A DNA stretch of 64,000 bases from Eledone cirrhosa (lineage: Eukaryota). A program made the position numbers and the translations under genes. This document shows, one piece after another, positions 13,460 through 28,802 of this stretch (the stretch's first letter is position 1; each line of letters starts with the position of its first letter). Location of the stretch: contig OZ024740.1 in the NCBI GenBank assembly GCA_964016885.1, forward strand, positions 302,994,001-303,058,000. Direction: 5' to 3'. The notes beneath the pieces were generated by a model. It was not told the origin of the DNA. It saw only the letters and a program-made list of their open reading frames with translations, and made no database searches.

Positions 13460-15424
13460 GTGATTACTCCTACTGTAGCTAATTATTAATGCTACTACTA
13501 CTGCTACTCCTGTCTTCACTATTTACTTTTAGTATCACTGTTAGCACTTCTGTTATACTTCTGTTATCACATCTCTCATGTTTTCACTGTAAAACCTTCT
13601 CAACATTCTTTTATTTCTCTAATTACTACTTCTTCTTCTGCTGCTGCTACTACTCCTCCTATTGCTATATTAACAAAATGATTTTTTTTTAACCTTTTCA
13701 AACAAAGAGAAAAATAACCGATAAAAATAGACAATTTTTCTAGATAGATATAGATATTTTTAACATAATCATTTCTAAATTTACATTTATGAAGGGATCT
13801 ACTCAGAGAATGTTGTGGCATTCTTCCTTTAAAAAAATTATTTATCTTAACACTATCAAGCCATTATTCAAAACATGATGCTTATTTTGAGGATCACCTG
13901 AAAATAGTGCAATTCTTTACATTGAGAGTAAGGATAATTATGGTTATGTTATGTTTATGTTGATGATTTGGCTATTATTATTCAGAATTTTGAAAAATTT
14001 GTTTATGCAATTTTATAGAATACCATAAATTAAATCCATGACTTTGGTTAATATGTTAATCATATTTTGTTGCTCAATTAAATTTCATGTTACCAAATTT
14101 TACGAATTCAAATAAGTATCATTTTGAAGTAGCTAATCTCATAAGTTGCCACTATCAGTACCACAAAGACTTTTTTACTACATCATCATCATATTATCAT
14201 CAACTTCATCATTGTTATCATTGTCCTCTTATATAAAAACTGCTTGTATTTTCTGAATGAAAATCAGTTAATTTACAAAACTGAATTTCTGTAATATTTG
14301 AGAATCATTTTTATTTTCTGAACTTCATATATTTTATCATGCTTAGTGATAGAATAGGCAACAATATTTGTATAAGATGTTCGAATTAACTTATTTCAAA
14401 ATATACACAGTCGATTCATTTAATTTGGTTATTTCTAATAAATAATGTATGAAAATTGAATATTTGTCATATTTACATAGGCATATCACTAAAATAAACA
14501 TTTAACTGACAGAAAAGTTGGGAGTTATTTTGCTATCATAGTTAATAAGTTATATACTTAAGTAACAAATGGATTTTTAAAACTAATTGAACAATAAAAA
14601 TAACGAGTTGCAATTAGAAACTAGTAAATACGTTTATATGTTTAATATCTCAAATCTAATGAAATAGTACAGACTTTTAAGATATTTTCTGGAATATTTA
14701 CAAGCAGTCATTTGTGTTTTATTTTTATTTTTTGTGGATTCTAATAAGTAGATATCTATATGCATTTTAAAATAAAATTATTGTATATCAGGAAATAGTA
14801 TTCTGTACACACAAGTAAGGTAAAGTTAAACATCAAGTATTTGTATTTCCTATCACACAGAATTGGTGTTATCAATTACAAAAGATCAGTTCTATTGAGT
14901 TTAAGGAAAAACCTCAAAGGTCTAATTTTCATATCTTTCCCAAAATTATTAACAATATACAACTGGGACAGGAATCAGTGAAGAACATACTCAGCATGTC
15001 CAGATTTTATCTCTACTTTAGGTCACTTGTGATAAGGGTTTACTGCTTTTACAAAAGAATTATTTAAAGTCTATCACAAGTATAATATTATTAATATAAG
15101 CAAGGCATCGTATACTCTTAATAAATGTAAGCTAAATTTAAAATATCTGCTGCTTTTTATAAATAACATTACAAATTGTTTATAATTCTTACAGAATAAA
15201 AATAAACACATATGATAAATGCAATTAATTATTGCTATGAACCTCGCAAATATAATGCACAAAAATATATGATCACTGCAGCTTTTAATTATCAATTCAA
15301 GAATTTTAAGAAGAAAAAACACTTTGACTATAACAGCAAAGCCTTTGATTATGTTTCATATGAACATCATAATTTTGCTAAGTTGCCTTTTTGAGTTCTG
15401 TCCATCTTTCATTTATCTCTCTCC

Positions 15425-15457
<33 letters not shown>

Positions 15458-16079
15458 CTTCTCTCTCTATATATCAGATATTTTCTGACAAATAATTTCA
15501 TCACTGACATACTCCCTCTCAAGTACATTTCTTTTAATTCAGACATGTCACCTACATTCTTCTTTCCTGTACACCAATGACATACTTGCTGTAGCTTCTA
15601 AATAGTCACAATTTGGAGTACATTAACAATCACCCTTCCTTGATCTTGTGCATATAGGCATCATCTGCTTCACAATCAGCAGAGCCATTCAGCTATGCAT
15701 TGAATCAATAAAGAAAAACCTCAAAAATATTTTCCAATAAAGACATCTGTCTTTGTCCTGAGACATTTGTTATACATATAAAAGAAACACTGCTGGATTA
15801 TACCTTTCTTTCACACAAACAACACACATATGCTATGTCTGACAATATTGTAATCTCACAAATATAACATCATCAAATCTGCATGCCAAAACATAAGGTC
15901 AGGAAATGCTTCAACTCTGGTCAGTTACTAACTCTCAACAAAGCTCAGGTAAAAAAAATATTGCTACTTTACCCTCAAACATCCATCACTCATAAAATAT
16001 TCTACAAACTAGCTCACAAGTGTGATATTTCTTTCCTTTATCTCTTCCACAATTACTATAATGGTTTATGCTTTTCTAC

Positions 16080-16200
16080 ACTAGCAAGCTGCAAATCCCT
16101 TCACCAAGGCTCTATTGACACTCATCTATTTTAATTTTTCACTAGCAAGCTGCAAATCCCTTCACCAAGGCTGTATTGACACTCATCTATTTTAATTTTT
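16080..16200. repeat. 61-bp tandem duplication
   Basis: actagcaagctgcaaatcccttcaccaaggct(c/g)tattgacactcatctattttaatttt occurs twice. Confidence 0.9.
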
Positions 16201-16375
16201 CTTTCTTTTTAGTATTTGTTTTATTTTAAAACCTAGTATAACTTCCACATCATGTGCATTTAATTCCTATACTTATAGACTATTTTTATATTTAAAAATT
16301 AATCATTATCAAAAGTAACAACTTATCATTATCATTGCGATTATCATTATATCTAAATGTTGAAATAGAAAGATA

Positions 16376-16505
16376 AAGACTTTCAGCTAAAAGAGAACTT
16401 TCAACGTATTACAGAGCTAGTTTGAGAAAGATTTATTATAAGAGTAGGTTAAGTGACTGCTTAGCTCTGTAATACGTTGAAAGTTCTCTTTTAGCTGAAA
16501 GTCTT
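16376..16505. repeat. Inverted repeat, 44-bp perfect arms, 42-nt spacer
   Basis: aagactttcagctaaaagagaactttcaacgtattacagagcta (16376-16419) and its reverse complement at 16462-16505. Confidence 0.9.
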
Positions 16506-17159
16506 GTATCACTAATATTTAACAAAGAATATAATGAAAATACAACCAATGCTTAAGAGTGAAGTTGCTTTTATACTTAAACTTCTATGATTCACAAGCA
16601 TAACAGTATAATACTTGTAAAAATATATAACAAAAACTAGAAGCATAGGATACATGTTTTCCATTGCAATTCCTTATTTATTTCAAAGACACTATTCATC
16701 TTTTACAAATTATGTTGCCTATTCAGATAATCTTAATAAGGATCAGTATATCAATTTAATAATGCTGGCTTCTCTTCTCTTGATGCATTAATAGTTTATA
16801 CTCTTTTACTGGTATGTAGCCATACTGAGGGACTGCTATTATGTTGATAATAAATTTTAAATTATCAAAAGTGACACATTATAATTACTATATCCATTTC
16901 ATGATCATAATAATGATACAAAACTTTTTTTTTAAATCAAAACAAACAAATAAAAATAAATATAGTAATTAACACATTAGAATACATTACTATCTTCTAT
17001 CTCTTAATTAATGTACATTTCAATGCTGACACTTATAATTAAATAAATCAAATAATGATGAACAAGTCATTTCAATTTTCAGAATGGTAAATGTTTTGTT
17101 TTGATATTTTTCATGAATTCTAAATTTTAATTGCAGTAAGAGATGTATACCCCACTCTA

Positions 17160-17214
<55 letters not shown>

Positions 17215-17936
17215 TTCTCTCTCTATATATATATATTTATTCATTCATCTCTCTAACTATCTATCTATCTTTATACTTTTATAAAATATTTCAGCATGCA
17301 ACTCTACCATTGTAATATATAGCATGTCAATATGTATATAATTAAATATACAAGAGTAAATAAGTATATTTACCAAACTATACAATATTGCTCAGCAGTA
17401 CATCATTTGCTTAATATTGACCAGAAAATGATATTCTGAACTCTTCTAACAACTGAGAAATACCACAAAGATATTTCTCAACATGCTGTTTTTCTAATTT
17501 CATAGTAAATATTACTATATACTATTTCTTGACATGACATCATTTTCAAAATATATTCAAATATATTTCCAGATCATCTCTGACTATCTAGTTTGACTTA
17601 TATATCATATATTTAAACACTACACCAAATACTTATTCAATGACTTCTATTCACTGTCTTTGAGAATCAATCACATTTATCATCATTCTTTTATACATGT
17701 TGACCATTTCTTCATGACATTGCACTACTACTGTCCAGGCCTTGTTTGATTTTCAACAATTGAAATGTTCTATAAATATTATTCATTCATTCATTTGAAA
17801 TCGTTTATAGGTGTTCGATAGGAAGAATTATTGATTGACATGCTTAATTTGTAAATGTAGATTTTATTCTTCTTTGTTATCTCTTACTGCATAGGTGAAT
17901 TCTATTTACATATATTAAGAATAAGCATATGTTTAT

Positions 17937-18036
17937 TATCATCATTATCATCATCATCGTTGTCGACTTTATTGTTGTTCTCCTCATTGTTATCATCATT
18001 GCCATCATCATCATCATCATCATCACCATCATCATT

Positions 18037-18086
<50 letters not shown>

Positions 18087-18095
18087 TATCACCAC
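17937..18095. repeat. (ATC)n microsatellite, expanded tail of a minus-strand RTE/SINE 3' end (to about 18260)
   Basis: Long catcat run followed by tttgacatctttttccacgctcgcaatggg...atgcccttcctaataccaac; similar tail at 19897-20108. Confidence 0.85.
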
Positions 18096-21000
18096 CATTT
18101 GACATCTTTTTCCACGCTCGCAATGGGTTAGATGTTTTTTCATGCTCTGAGGTTAGACAGGCAGATCAGATGACTGGGTCTTGTTCATGCATTCTATTTT
18201 AGTAAGATTTCTATGACTATATGCCCTTCCTAATACCAACTACATTGCACTGTGTACTGGTTTTGATTTCTCATGGTATCACCTGACAAGGTGAACATGG
18301 CTTTTTTCATGGCACCAGGACTACCACATTACATGGAAGCATTTTATTGTGGCACCTTCACTAACACTGTACAGAGAGAGGTGGATGCATTTTATTATGA
18401 CACCTGTACCCTCATCTTCCTGTGTGGGTCTAGTGCTGAGCGCATATTACTGTCATACCAATACCACCACATACCAATACTACCGCACGTGTGTTTTGGC
18501 TCAGCTAGGATGGCAGTGATAAGGAGTGACACAGGGGCAGATGGGAGTGTGGTTTGGGCTGCCTGTTACTTGAGGGTGGCATGGGCTGTCCTTTAGAGAA
18601 AATTAGTAAATTCTGGCAGTATTGCAAGGTTGGATGGCCTAAGGTTAAGTGATTGATGACTGACAGTATTGTGGGGTTAGGAAGCATAGCTTTACATGTT
18701 GGTATGTTTGGGCAAGGAGGAGGCAAAATTTTGGGAGAAATTTGTCAGTGTGAGTTGTGGGGGAGAGGGAAAGAAAGGAAGAGGAAGAAAAAGTATGAGT
18801 AAGCAACATCTAGCAGTATGGTGAAGGTGAATCAGGATGGGTTCAGTTTGAAACTGCTTAGACCAGTACTCGATACTTGGTGTAATAGAGTATGGTTATA
18901 TTATAAAGAGTCGGGACCCAATGGCTGTGCTCTTACGATTTCAACAGCTAGTTCCCAATTCTATATAATATACATATATATTAGATGTTCTTAGTTAAAA
19001 AACAACAAAGAAGTACATGATATATATTAAATTTTAACTGTAAAATATTTATAGTTATTAGAACCTTAGTTCTGCAGTAGAAGTCCCCATTTTGCTCAAG
19101 TTTTTCAGTTTTACAGGCCTTATCTGGGAGTATATTATCTAATATGTTTCTTTTCCTTTTTAAGATAATGTGGAGTGATTTGAGGGAAGTATAACTGCTA
19201 TTTTTAGCAAGGCTAATGAAAATTTCGTTTAGTAGAATTATATAAGATAGTTCCATTAATATATTTTATTTTGTAATATATAAATAAATTATATTTATAA
19301 AGTCTTAAATCTTTTCATCTGGACAATCATTCTGCTTGTATGTCATTTTGTATGACATTGTATGTCATTTTGTTTACATCGTGCCTTTTAGAAAGTGAAT
19401 TCCTACAGGTAATATTTTGGATGCTAAAAGTTATGGGGAAAGTATCTTATATACTTATCTCATGTTACAAACACACTTTTATCACATACTGATGTTCTTA
19501 TGAGATTGCTGTTTCTTGTTATTATTAAGTCTCTGGCAGTTATCCCTTGTAGCTGGTTGTTAAATAGACTCATTTGATGTGTAATGTTGTAATATATCTG
19601 ACATGAGGACAAGAAAAACTGCACAACTTGCATATATATCTCTTGCTCTTCTCTTTTGGATCAAAGTAGTTGCAGGGTAATCTCTTGAATTATCTTGATT
19701 GAAGATGTCATTTTTTTCACTTGTAATTACGTTCATAATATTATAATTTCTTCTCATACTGTTCAGAATTTACTGTACCAGTGTGACACCACTCAGTTGT
19801 TGATAGTCAATTAATGTCATCATTACAAATATGGATATGTCTAGTGGTAATAAATTTATTTTTCTTGTCTTGTTATTCATACCAATGAATGTTTTAATCA
19901 TCATCATCATCGTCGTCATCATCGCCATTTAATGTCCATTTTTCCATGCTAGCATGGGTTAGACGAGTTTGTCTAGATTTTAGGCAAGCCAGAGCAGATG
20001 ACTTCTCCATGTCACCTTGGACCGATGTTGATTTGGTTTCTATGGCTGGATGCCCTTCCTAATGCCTCTTTTACAGTGTGTACTGAGTGCTTTTTATTGT
20101 GGCACCAAACTTACAATCTATTTGAAAAATAAATTATTCTGAATCATCATTACCATTTTACGTCCCTTCTTCCATGCCAGCATGGTTTAGACGAGTATTA
20201 ATACCAATACTGATACTGCAGAAGTACAATAGCACATGGACTTGTTCTGAGAGAGCTATGATTATCTGATAATCTAATAGTCCTATCTTCTGTAGCCAAC
20301 TGAATTACATTTTAGATTAATTTACTCATATATGTTTGCATGTGCAACATTCTCATCATCACTACTTATTGGAGTTATAATGTTTTCTCAGATGAGTTTC
20401 TATGTCATTTGACTTTTATGTCAAAATCATTATCTATTGTTTTTCAGAACCAGGAGATGAAGGCCTAGGAAATGATAGCTATCAGGCTCGTTTGTCCCCT
20501 TCTGAGCTATTTACTGTAGAATTGATGAGATATCTTAAGAAATTCTTCGTAAATATACTTCCTGCTTGAAAGCTACTATTTACATGAAAATTCCAATAGA
20601 ATTTAAATAAGTTACCATTAGGTTTCAGTTAATCGCTTGATATAATTGATAATCTTAACTATAATAAAGGAAGCTCTGCGGGATTGCGTCCAGAAAATAT
20701 TTTTTTACCCCGTTTGTAAAATAAGTTGGATTACTTTGAATAAATAATGAATGAATATTACATAATTTATGTGCTAAATTTCGTGGCTGTTGATTAAATA
20801 TATTTTATAGCTTATTTAAAGATCTTTAAAATTCAATTCTTTAAAATTATCAAATGTCAACACTTCCTGTTAGCGGCCGTTATATTATAACACTTATAAT
20901 CGCATATATTTCCATCGCTAATTTTCTCCTAATGCAGTTTATATATAATGTCGTCTTTTTTTTAATATATCATGGATTACTGATTTCAGAAGACAGTGTA

Positions 21001-21108
21001 ACATAGGCTTTGTTCAATTTCTGTGTATATTGTCAATTACGATTTTATTTGATGTATCATATTTACATGCATATATATTTGTGTATAATATCAATATACA
21101 CACTACAC

Positions 21109-21153
21109 ATACTAGCACAAAAACCACCCATAGGGTGGTTTTTGTGCTAGTAT
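21109..21153. repeat. Perfect 21-bp hairpin, 3-nt loop
   Basis: atactagcacaaaaaccaccc-ata-gggtggtttttgtgctagtat. Confidence 0.9.
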
Positions 21154-24100
21154 CATGTAATAATTCGATGTTTCTCTAAGGTTTGTTGATTCTGCTTTCA
21201 TCCATTTTTATGTCATATGCAGTTTATTTCAGTTCGATCTAAGTAACTCCAAAATGTTATCAAATGTGAATTGCTGTAGAAGAGCATCCATATATGTTAA
21301 AACTTTAATAGTTTATTAACCTAACACATTATTCAGTTCTATACAATTTGATTCTGTGTGAACCTCACAGCCAACTATGATCATTTGCATCCATTTGCAT
21401 CCATTTGCATCCATTGCATCCATCTAGGAAACTATCACATAGATTTAATTCAGAAGTGCAGTGGGTGGGTATTACTAGGGCAATTGTAACTAACTATAAT
21501 CATATTCTTGTCAAACATTTTATTATATTTGTGCAAGAAGAGGAAATTCTTTCTTTTATACAAGGGTTAGGAAATGCGTAGCTATGTTAGTGGACACATT
21601 TAAACTATATAGTGAGGTGGATCATCTTACTTTCCTACTTCTGGTTAGCAACAAGAGGCATGACTTGAAGTTTCCGTGAACCCCTATATATAAAATATAT
21701 GTTTGTGTGGGTGAAAGATTTATCTTTCCTTTTTAGTTATATGAATTCTTTCTCCTAGGAAGGTGCTTATTTCTAACAAAGAAAGAAAGCTACATCACTG
21801 ACATTTGGGTAATAAAATGATGTGTTACTTCAAAATGTCTTGCATGTTTTTTTACATTTCTGTTTACAGATTGTATTTCCAAAGTTCATCTTAGTTGGTT
21901 ATTTTCTTTACCTGGAAACAGTAACTTTCCAAGATGACCATCTAGACATTTACTAATATAGCAAAGTGCCCTAAATATTATCGATATAAATGTGAATTTA
22001 TAGTCTGTGTAGATAGGCTGTGGGTGTCACAGCAATTGTGCATAAATACTCAGTTTCTCAATGGTTTTGAACCAAATGTTCACATCTGCAGACAGTTATA
22101 CATATCAGGCAATATAAGCCTGTTATATATTCTGTAATCAAGCCACATGTTTTCTACAGTATTTCTTTACTTTAGACAATTCAGCTTTATTTATCAAAGG
22201 AGGTTCAACACATTCTCACACTCCCTACTTTCCACCTGCCTACTCATCAGTTATGATATTACTGGATATACAAAGCTTTTAGAGAAATTGTTGGAGACAA
22301 CTTGTACAAATTGTATACATAATGTTTGGCAAAGCAATCAGCCAAGAGTTATCTGCCACGACAATCTTTTCATTCTTGGCTATAAGATTTGTCTCTGCTA
22401 GAGCAAGCAATTTGACATGTCGGTTGGACTTTATATAATTATTTTAAATATGCATATCAGTAACTTTCCATAGAATGTCAATATCTACTATTCATATCCA
22501 GATATTAGGTCTTCCCATGGAACCCTTCCCATTATGCAACTTTCCTACTGCTTTCTTAAAAGTTAAAAGTTGTTTTAAGTGTTACTGATAATGTCAATAC
22601 AGCATTCTTTCTTGGTTGTATCTAACCATGATGCATTTTGATTAAAATCCTCCTTTTACTACAGATCATGCGCTACTGCAATGATTTAAGATCTTCCTGA
22701 GAAGGTGCACATTTAAGAAGAAAAATAGTTTCTTCCTGCCCCTGTATAGAGCTTGTGCATGAGAAACAAACTTGTAAATATTTATTCATTGTAGTATTTT
22801 TCAGCAAATGTAGTTTCCCATTCAGAGTTAGAATAGGTGAATGACAGTTTGATAGCAATACTTAAAAACTGTATGCACAGATTTGATATACGATGCTATA
22901 CAGACGTATATTTCTATCCATCAAAAGCAGTATCGTGGCTTTGTAGTCCTATCACACCTATTGTACAAAATATAATTTAGAGATATATCAGATGAAAGAA
23001 TGGTATTTAACTAATGTATTGGTACGTGATGGGGCCCACCCACAGCCCCGGCAGACAGAATGGAGAAGGCGTTTCTCCAGAGGACGGCAAGGGAGACACG
23101 CTGGAAAAGCCACTCCAACTCGCAGGGCTCACACCTGCGGCTGGCCAGCTCAGCGCCTATGGTGGTGAGTAAGGAGGTAGTCCTGGGGCCGAGGACACCA
23201 GAAGTCTCTACTGCCAGGAGAACGACCGGTATTTGAGGAGTTTGGCCGCCTCAGCCCGATGTGCAGCAGAACCTGGGTCAGTCGCAGACTGCACCAGGTT
23301 TATGTTTTGAATTTTGAATTCAGAGTTTATGTTTTGAATTTCTTCATATCCTTACAGGGATTTGATATGTAGAATATTCATACATTTTTGTTTTCACAAA
23401 ATGCAGTTGTTGGGCTTGTGGTGGCTTTTAATCACCGAATTCTGTGGTACAGGCTGTTGATGTTTTCATTTAGTTTTATTATTCCTCTGGATTGCTTACA
23501 TTGTGTGATTTCATTACCACATACACTACTGGAATATGCTGGGAATTCTTTTAGAGTGACATGTGTGTGTGTGTGTTCAACCTCCAACAGTTCGGACAAG
23601 TGTCCCGGTTGATTCCATCAATAGAACACATACCCATGAAATCATGAGCAACTGACTGAGCATTTCACAGATACACGTACCCTTAATGTAATTCACAGGG
23701 AGAATCTGCAAGGCACAGTGTGTAACAAGGCTAACTCTGAATGACAAGTGCAACTATTTTTTGCCAGCTGAGTAGTTTGAAACAAAGTGTCTTGCTCAAG
23801 AATAGTGATAGCAACTGTATACAAGCATGTATCATATTTTTATACTGTCATCTAATATGAGAGTGATTACTTTTATCCTGACTAAAGTCGAAAGGGATGT
23901 TATTCAATGAGAGCTTAGAAAAATATATTTTTAAACTGTAGTTTTGAATTGTTTTTAAAATTTATATATTCTACTGTCAACCATCTTACATTGGTTTCAT
24001 AAAGATGTATGTGAGTTAGGTGATGGTGATGATGGAAGTTGTTGGGTTACATTTTTATTGCTCCCTTATAATTTTGACGGTTTTGGGATGGTTTCAAAAC

Positions 24101-26190
24101 ACCAACTAGCATCAAAAATTGTTATCTACAGCAGCCAATTCTGAGGAAAAAAAACACGTTTGGGTGAACTGTCTCAGTGTTTATTTAACTATTTTGTAGA
24201 ACCAATAGAAGAGTTTCCATAGGCTATATCTTGATTTAAATACAAAGATCAAGTCAAGTAAAAAGAATACTTATATCTTCTTCTTCTTCACTCACTTATT
24301 TCTGAGAGAGTCATGGAGGCAGAATCCTTCCTGAGACGTCCTAACCCCATGTCATTAGTATCAGACCTGTGATCTCCCAATTCAGAGAAGTAGTGCTTCT
24401 CCCTGGAGTGACCCTCTGATCTCTGAGCTATGCACTCTATTGAGTAACATTACTCCAAAGACACTTCAGAGGAACCCCATTTCAACCGCTTGTATTCGCG
24501 ATTGTATTCTTTTGGTCATTACCCAAATACTAAACTGAAGATAAAGAGTTAGGTTTTTACCCCTACCTCCCTTCTTCTGATTACTGCATTATCTTAGATA
24601 ATTCATAAAGTTAGTTGTATTGTTGGTGTTCGTAGTAAAACTATTGGTATTAATATTGGTGTTGTTGTCATCAGTGTCATTCATGATTGTAAAAGTTAAA
24701 TCACATGTTTTGAAAAGTATTTTTGTAATGTGGTTTCCCGAATGCTGAGTTGGTGAATACAATGTGATACATTTTTGACGGTCTTGTGTGAGTGTGTCTG
24801 TATATGTGTCTTTGAGTGTGTGTCTGTTTCTCTGTATGTGTGTGATACATTTTAATCTATTAGAATAGTGTCAATGCCCAATCATCAAAATGACTTGTAT
24901 ATATTATATAAGCTTGTAAGGTTGTTAGTTTTTACATGAAATATTTCATTTACTAAATAATGACTGAATAACAGATTAATTGTTTTAAAATAACAATGGA
25001 CATAAATAATGATTCCTTCTACAATAACCCAATATACCAAAACAAAACAGCAATTGTTGGTAACAGTTTCATTAACATTAATTGAATAAATAATTTTTAA
25101 TTTTGTTTTGATTAATTGCACTATAATGAAATTTAATTTTATAAACCAAGTCTGTTCATTTTATTTTATTTTTGTGCCATGACACAAAAATAAAATTAAT
25201 TAATTTTAAAATTAAAATAAATGCTAGATGATATTAACATTGTTTAAAAATGTATTTTCAATACTTTTATGGTAATGATTACGATGATGATGATAACACC
25301 AGTGATGATGATGATGATGACGACAGTGACAATGATGATGGTTTTAAATTTTACTAGAATATAATGACTTAAAATTATCTATCACTTTTCATACATCTGT
25401 GTCATTTACAATATTGATACAATATTAACATTTTATAACAATTATTGTAATATAATTATGATTTATATAGTTTGTATTTACTTGTAAAAAAAAACAAACA
25501 GGGTTATTATATATCCAAATAGACATATACACAATCAAGATACATACATAAATTCACTCAGACATACACACATACAATGTGCACACATACATACATACAA
25601 ATATATATATTTATTAGTTATAAATATTTTGTGTGACTATATAAAGTAAGTATGATTAAATTGAAATTTTACTTCAATCATTTAATTAAACAAACAGCAT
25701 CTGTTGTAAAAATATTCAATTGAGCAACTTAATATGTTTAACATTATAAAAGAAAATTATAAAACTATCATGTCCTCTAATTGTAATTTCTTTTTTGTTA
25801 ATTGCCTATTTCGGAAATAATATTTTAAAGTTCCTATATGTATGACGATATATTGAATTTTTATTTTGGAAAAATAATATTTGCATAAACATTTTTACTC
25901 GCAGTAAACTAAACTAGAATATTCTTCAAAATTGTTAGTTTCTTGCTGGTAAAACCCCAGTCAAAATATCTGAAAGGAGCAGTGTATATGTTTCATAACA
26001 GCTGGAGGTATTTTAGTACAACAAATATATTATCCTGAACCAAGAAAAAAATGGATAACACTCAAAAACAAAATCTAAATAAAAGTATCTTAGATTATTT
26101 AGAATTTTGGAACAACTTTTTACAAATGACTCAATTTTTCTTTCATAAAATTCATTACATTCTTTAAAACAGTTGATATATAGATAGCTT

Positions 26191-26316
<126 letters not shown>

Positions 26317-27423
26317 AACTTATTACTAATTACTGTTTAAAGTGTGTTTGTGAGTGAATTTGTTTGTTCAAGAATGTAAGTATAAGATTTCCATTGATAA
26401 ATGTGTATTATTGAAAGCATGTATTCACAGAGATAGCAAGTCACAGCTGCAGTAAAATAGACAATACCTAGCTACTCATTAAGCGAATGTTACTCATCAC
26501 TCAGCACGTATAGAATGCAAATTACACAGTCCCCACACTCTCTTTCTGCCCTGGCAATGCATGCGTGCTATAATACATGAAGAGTTATTAAAGGAGACAA
26601 AATAGTACAGAATGTCAATGAAAATAATGGTTTTTTTTTCCTACTCTTTTGTCTTCAGTTATGAATATATTAAAATTGGAAATTTTCAATTATAGTAATC
26701 TAAAGGCCTATTATTATGCTACAATTCTTAAAATATTATGTTTATATTTTAGTAAACCTATATCTCCATATAAATAGCAAAATCTCGGAATAAAAAACAA
26801 GTAAAAAGAATGACGATTTATTTTCTAACAAATTTTTAACTTTTGAACTATTTCTAATTTTATCTGTTGTTATGTATTTTTTGTGGATTTATAATTATGG
26901 AAACATAAAATCAGAACTCAAAACAAACAACAGGCATATTTTTCCAATTAGAACTTGCAATGTTATCTTTATATCTACCTATTGCAGTAAATAGAGAACT
27001 ATTCTCATAAATTCATAGTAATGTTTGTATTGCTTTGACTCCATGAGTTAACTCTCAATCATACTGGGCTAATTCTCTTTTAATCATCCAAATGTTTATA
27101 TTTGTCTGAATTCAGTTATCTTCAAATTTAGGTTTCTCATTTAATGTGGGTATTCTATTTTTGGAGCAATTTAGACATAATGCCATGCTACCGATTTATA
27201 ATAGATATTTTGAATGCAACCAATCAGACATATATTTAAATTGGCATATGATGTCTCCAGACCCTATGATTTTACACATATTTAAATATTTCAATTATAA
27301 TTTAATTTACAAATCTTTATATGTGATAGAGGATTTTAATTCTTTTATATCAAATACTATGTAGTGACATGTAATGTAAGAATGATAAGGCAGACATTGA
27401 GTTATAAATAAGGCTTAATGTGT

Positions 27424-27470
<47 letters not shown>

Positions 27471-28087
27471 TACATATATACATACATATACATATATATA
27501 TATATATAATAAATGCAGAAATGAATTGCAAAACAAAAAGCCTGTTAAAATGTATAGTCTGTCAGACTAGTAACTCATTGTGTGTAGAAGTCAAAACACA
27601 CAAAGAACATATATAAAAACCAGAACTTTGGAAAATCCCACTATGATATTGCAGGAACAGCAAATTCAACATATTCCCTTATATAAATTTTCAAAGAATG
27701 ATGCAAAATAGCAACAAGAAATGGAGAAATATCTTATAGGGAAATTCACTCTAAAACTAAGCCATAACAAATCTACTTTAAGTGATTTAAAAATACACAT
27801 AGGGAATTCTTAGTTTGACTACCCGCTGAAAAGCAACTAAATTTATATCTTGATAAATCTCAATGTTTTATTATTACATTTTTTAACCATATGATAAAGA
27901 GTGTTTTGATATTTCTGACAATTAATCTATTATATTATTCTGTACACTATCATGGGTATATTATATGAATATTTATACTTACACCACCCATGCACACACA
28001 CTATATATATATGTGCGTGTGTGTGTGTGTATATATATATGTATATATAAGAAAGTAAGTTTTTTAAATAACCCACACAGGTGAATA

Positions 28088-28333
28088 TATATGAAAAAAA
28101 AAAATTGAAAATACAATTGGAATTTTTAAGATTTATTTACAATAACTTTGTCAATTTCACAGTTTTATGATTTTCAAACGTTAAATGAGATGGAAAGATA
28201 AGAGGCTTTGCCCTGGTGTGTCTAAGTTCATCATGGCATAGCAACACATCTCTCCATCTCATTTAACTTTTGAACATTATAAAACTGTGAAATCTTAAAG
28301 ACTTCAATTGCATTTTCAACTTCTTTTTCATAT
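28088..28333. mobile_element. Shorter inverted-repeat element of the 37192 family
   Basis: ttgaaaatacaattgg...tttcacagttttatgat...ttaaatgagatgga mirrored by tccatctcatttaa...ataaaactgtgaaa...caattgcattttcaa. Confidence 0.7.
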
Positions 28334-28386
28334 ATATATATATGCACATATATATACATATATATATATGCATATATATATATATG

Positions 28387-28492
<106 letters not shown>

Positions 28493-28526
28493 CATATATA
28501 TATTTATATATATACATATATATATT

Positions 28527-28674
<148 letters not shown>

Positions 28675-28686
28675 CATATATATATT

Positions 28687-28718
<32 letters not shown>

Positions 28719-28730
28719 CATATATATATT

Positions 28731-28802
<72 letters not shown>

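Noticed and set aside
13489-13692. MLLLLLLLSS ORF resembling a beta-neurexin signal peptide
   Set aside because: Arises from a (CTA)n-like repeat 30 nt after an exon; no good phase-1 donor.
17877-18202. Poly-M, poly-D and poly-S ORFs
   Set aside because: Reading frames of an (ATC)n retroelement tail.
19392-19408. AG...GT-bounded 17-nt microexon candidate
   Set aside because: Not a multiple of 3; would frameshift LNS6.
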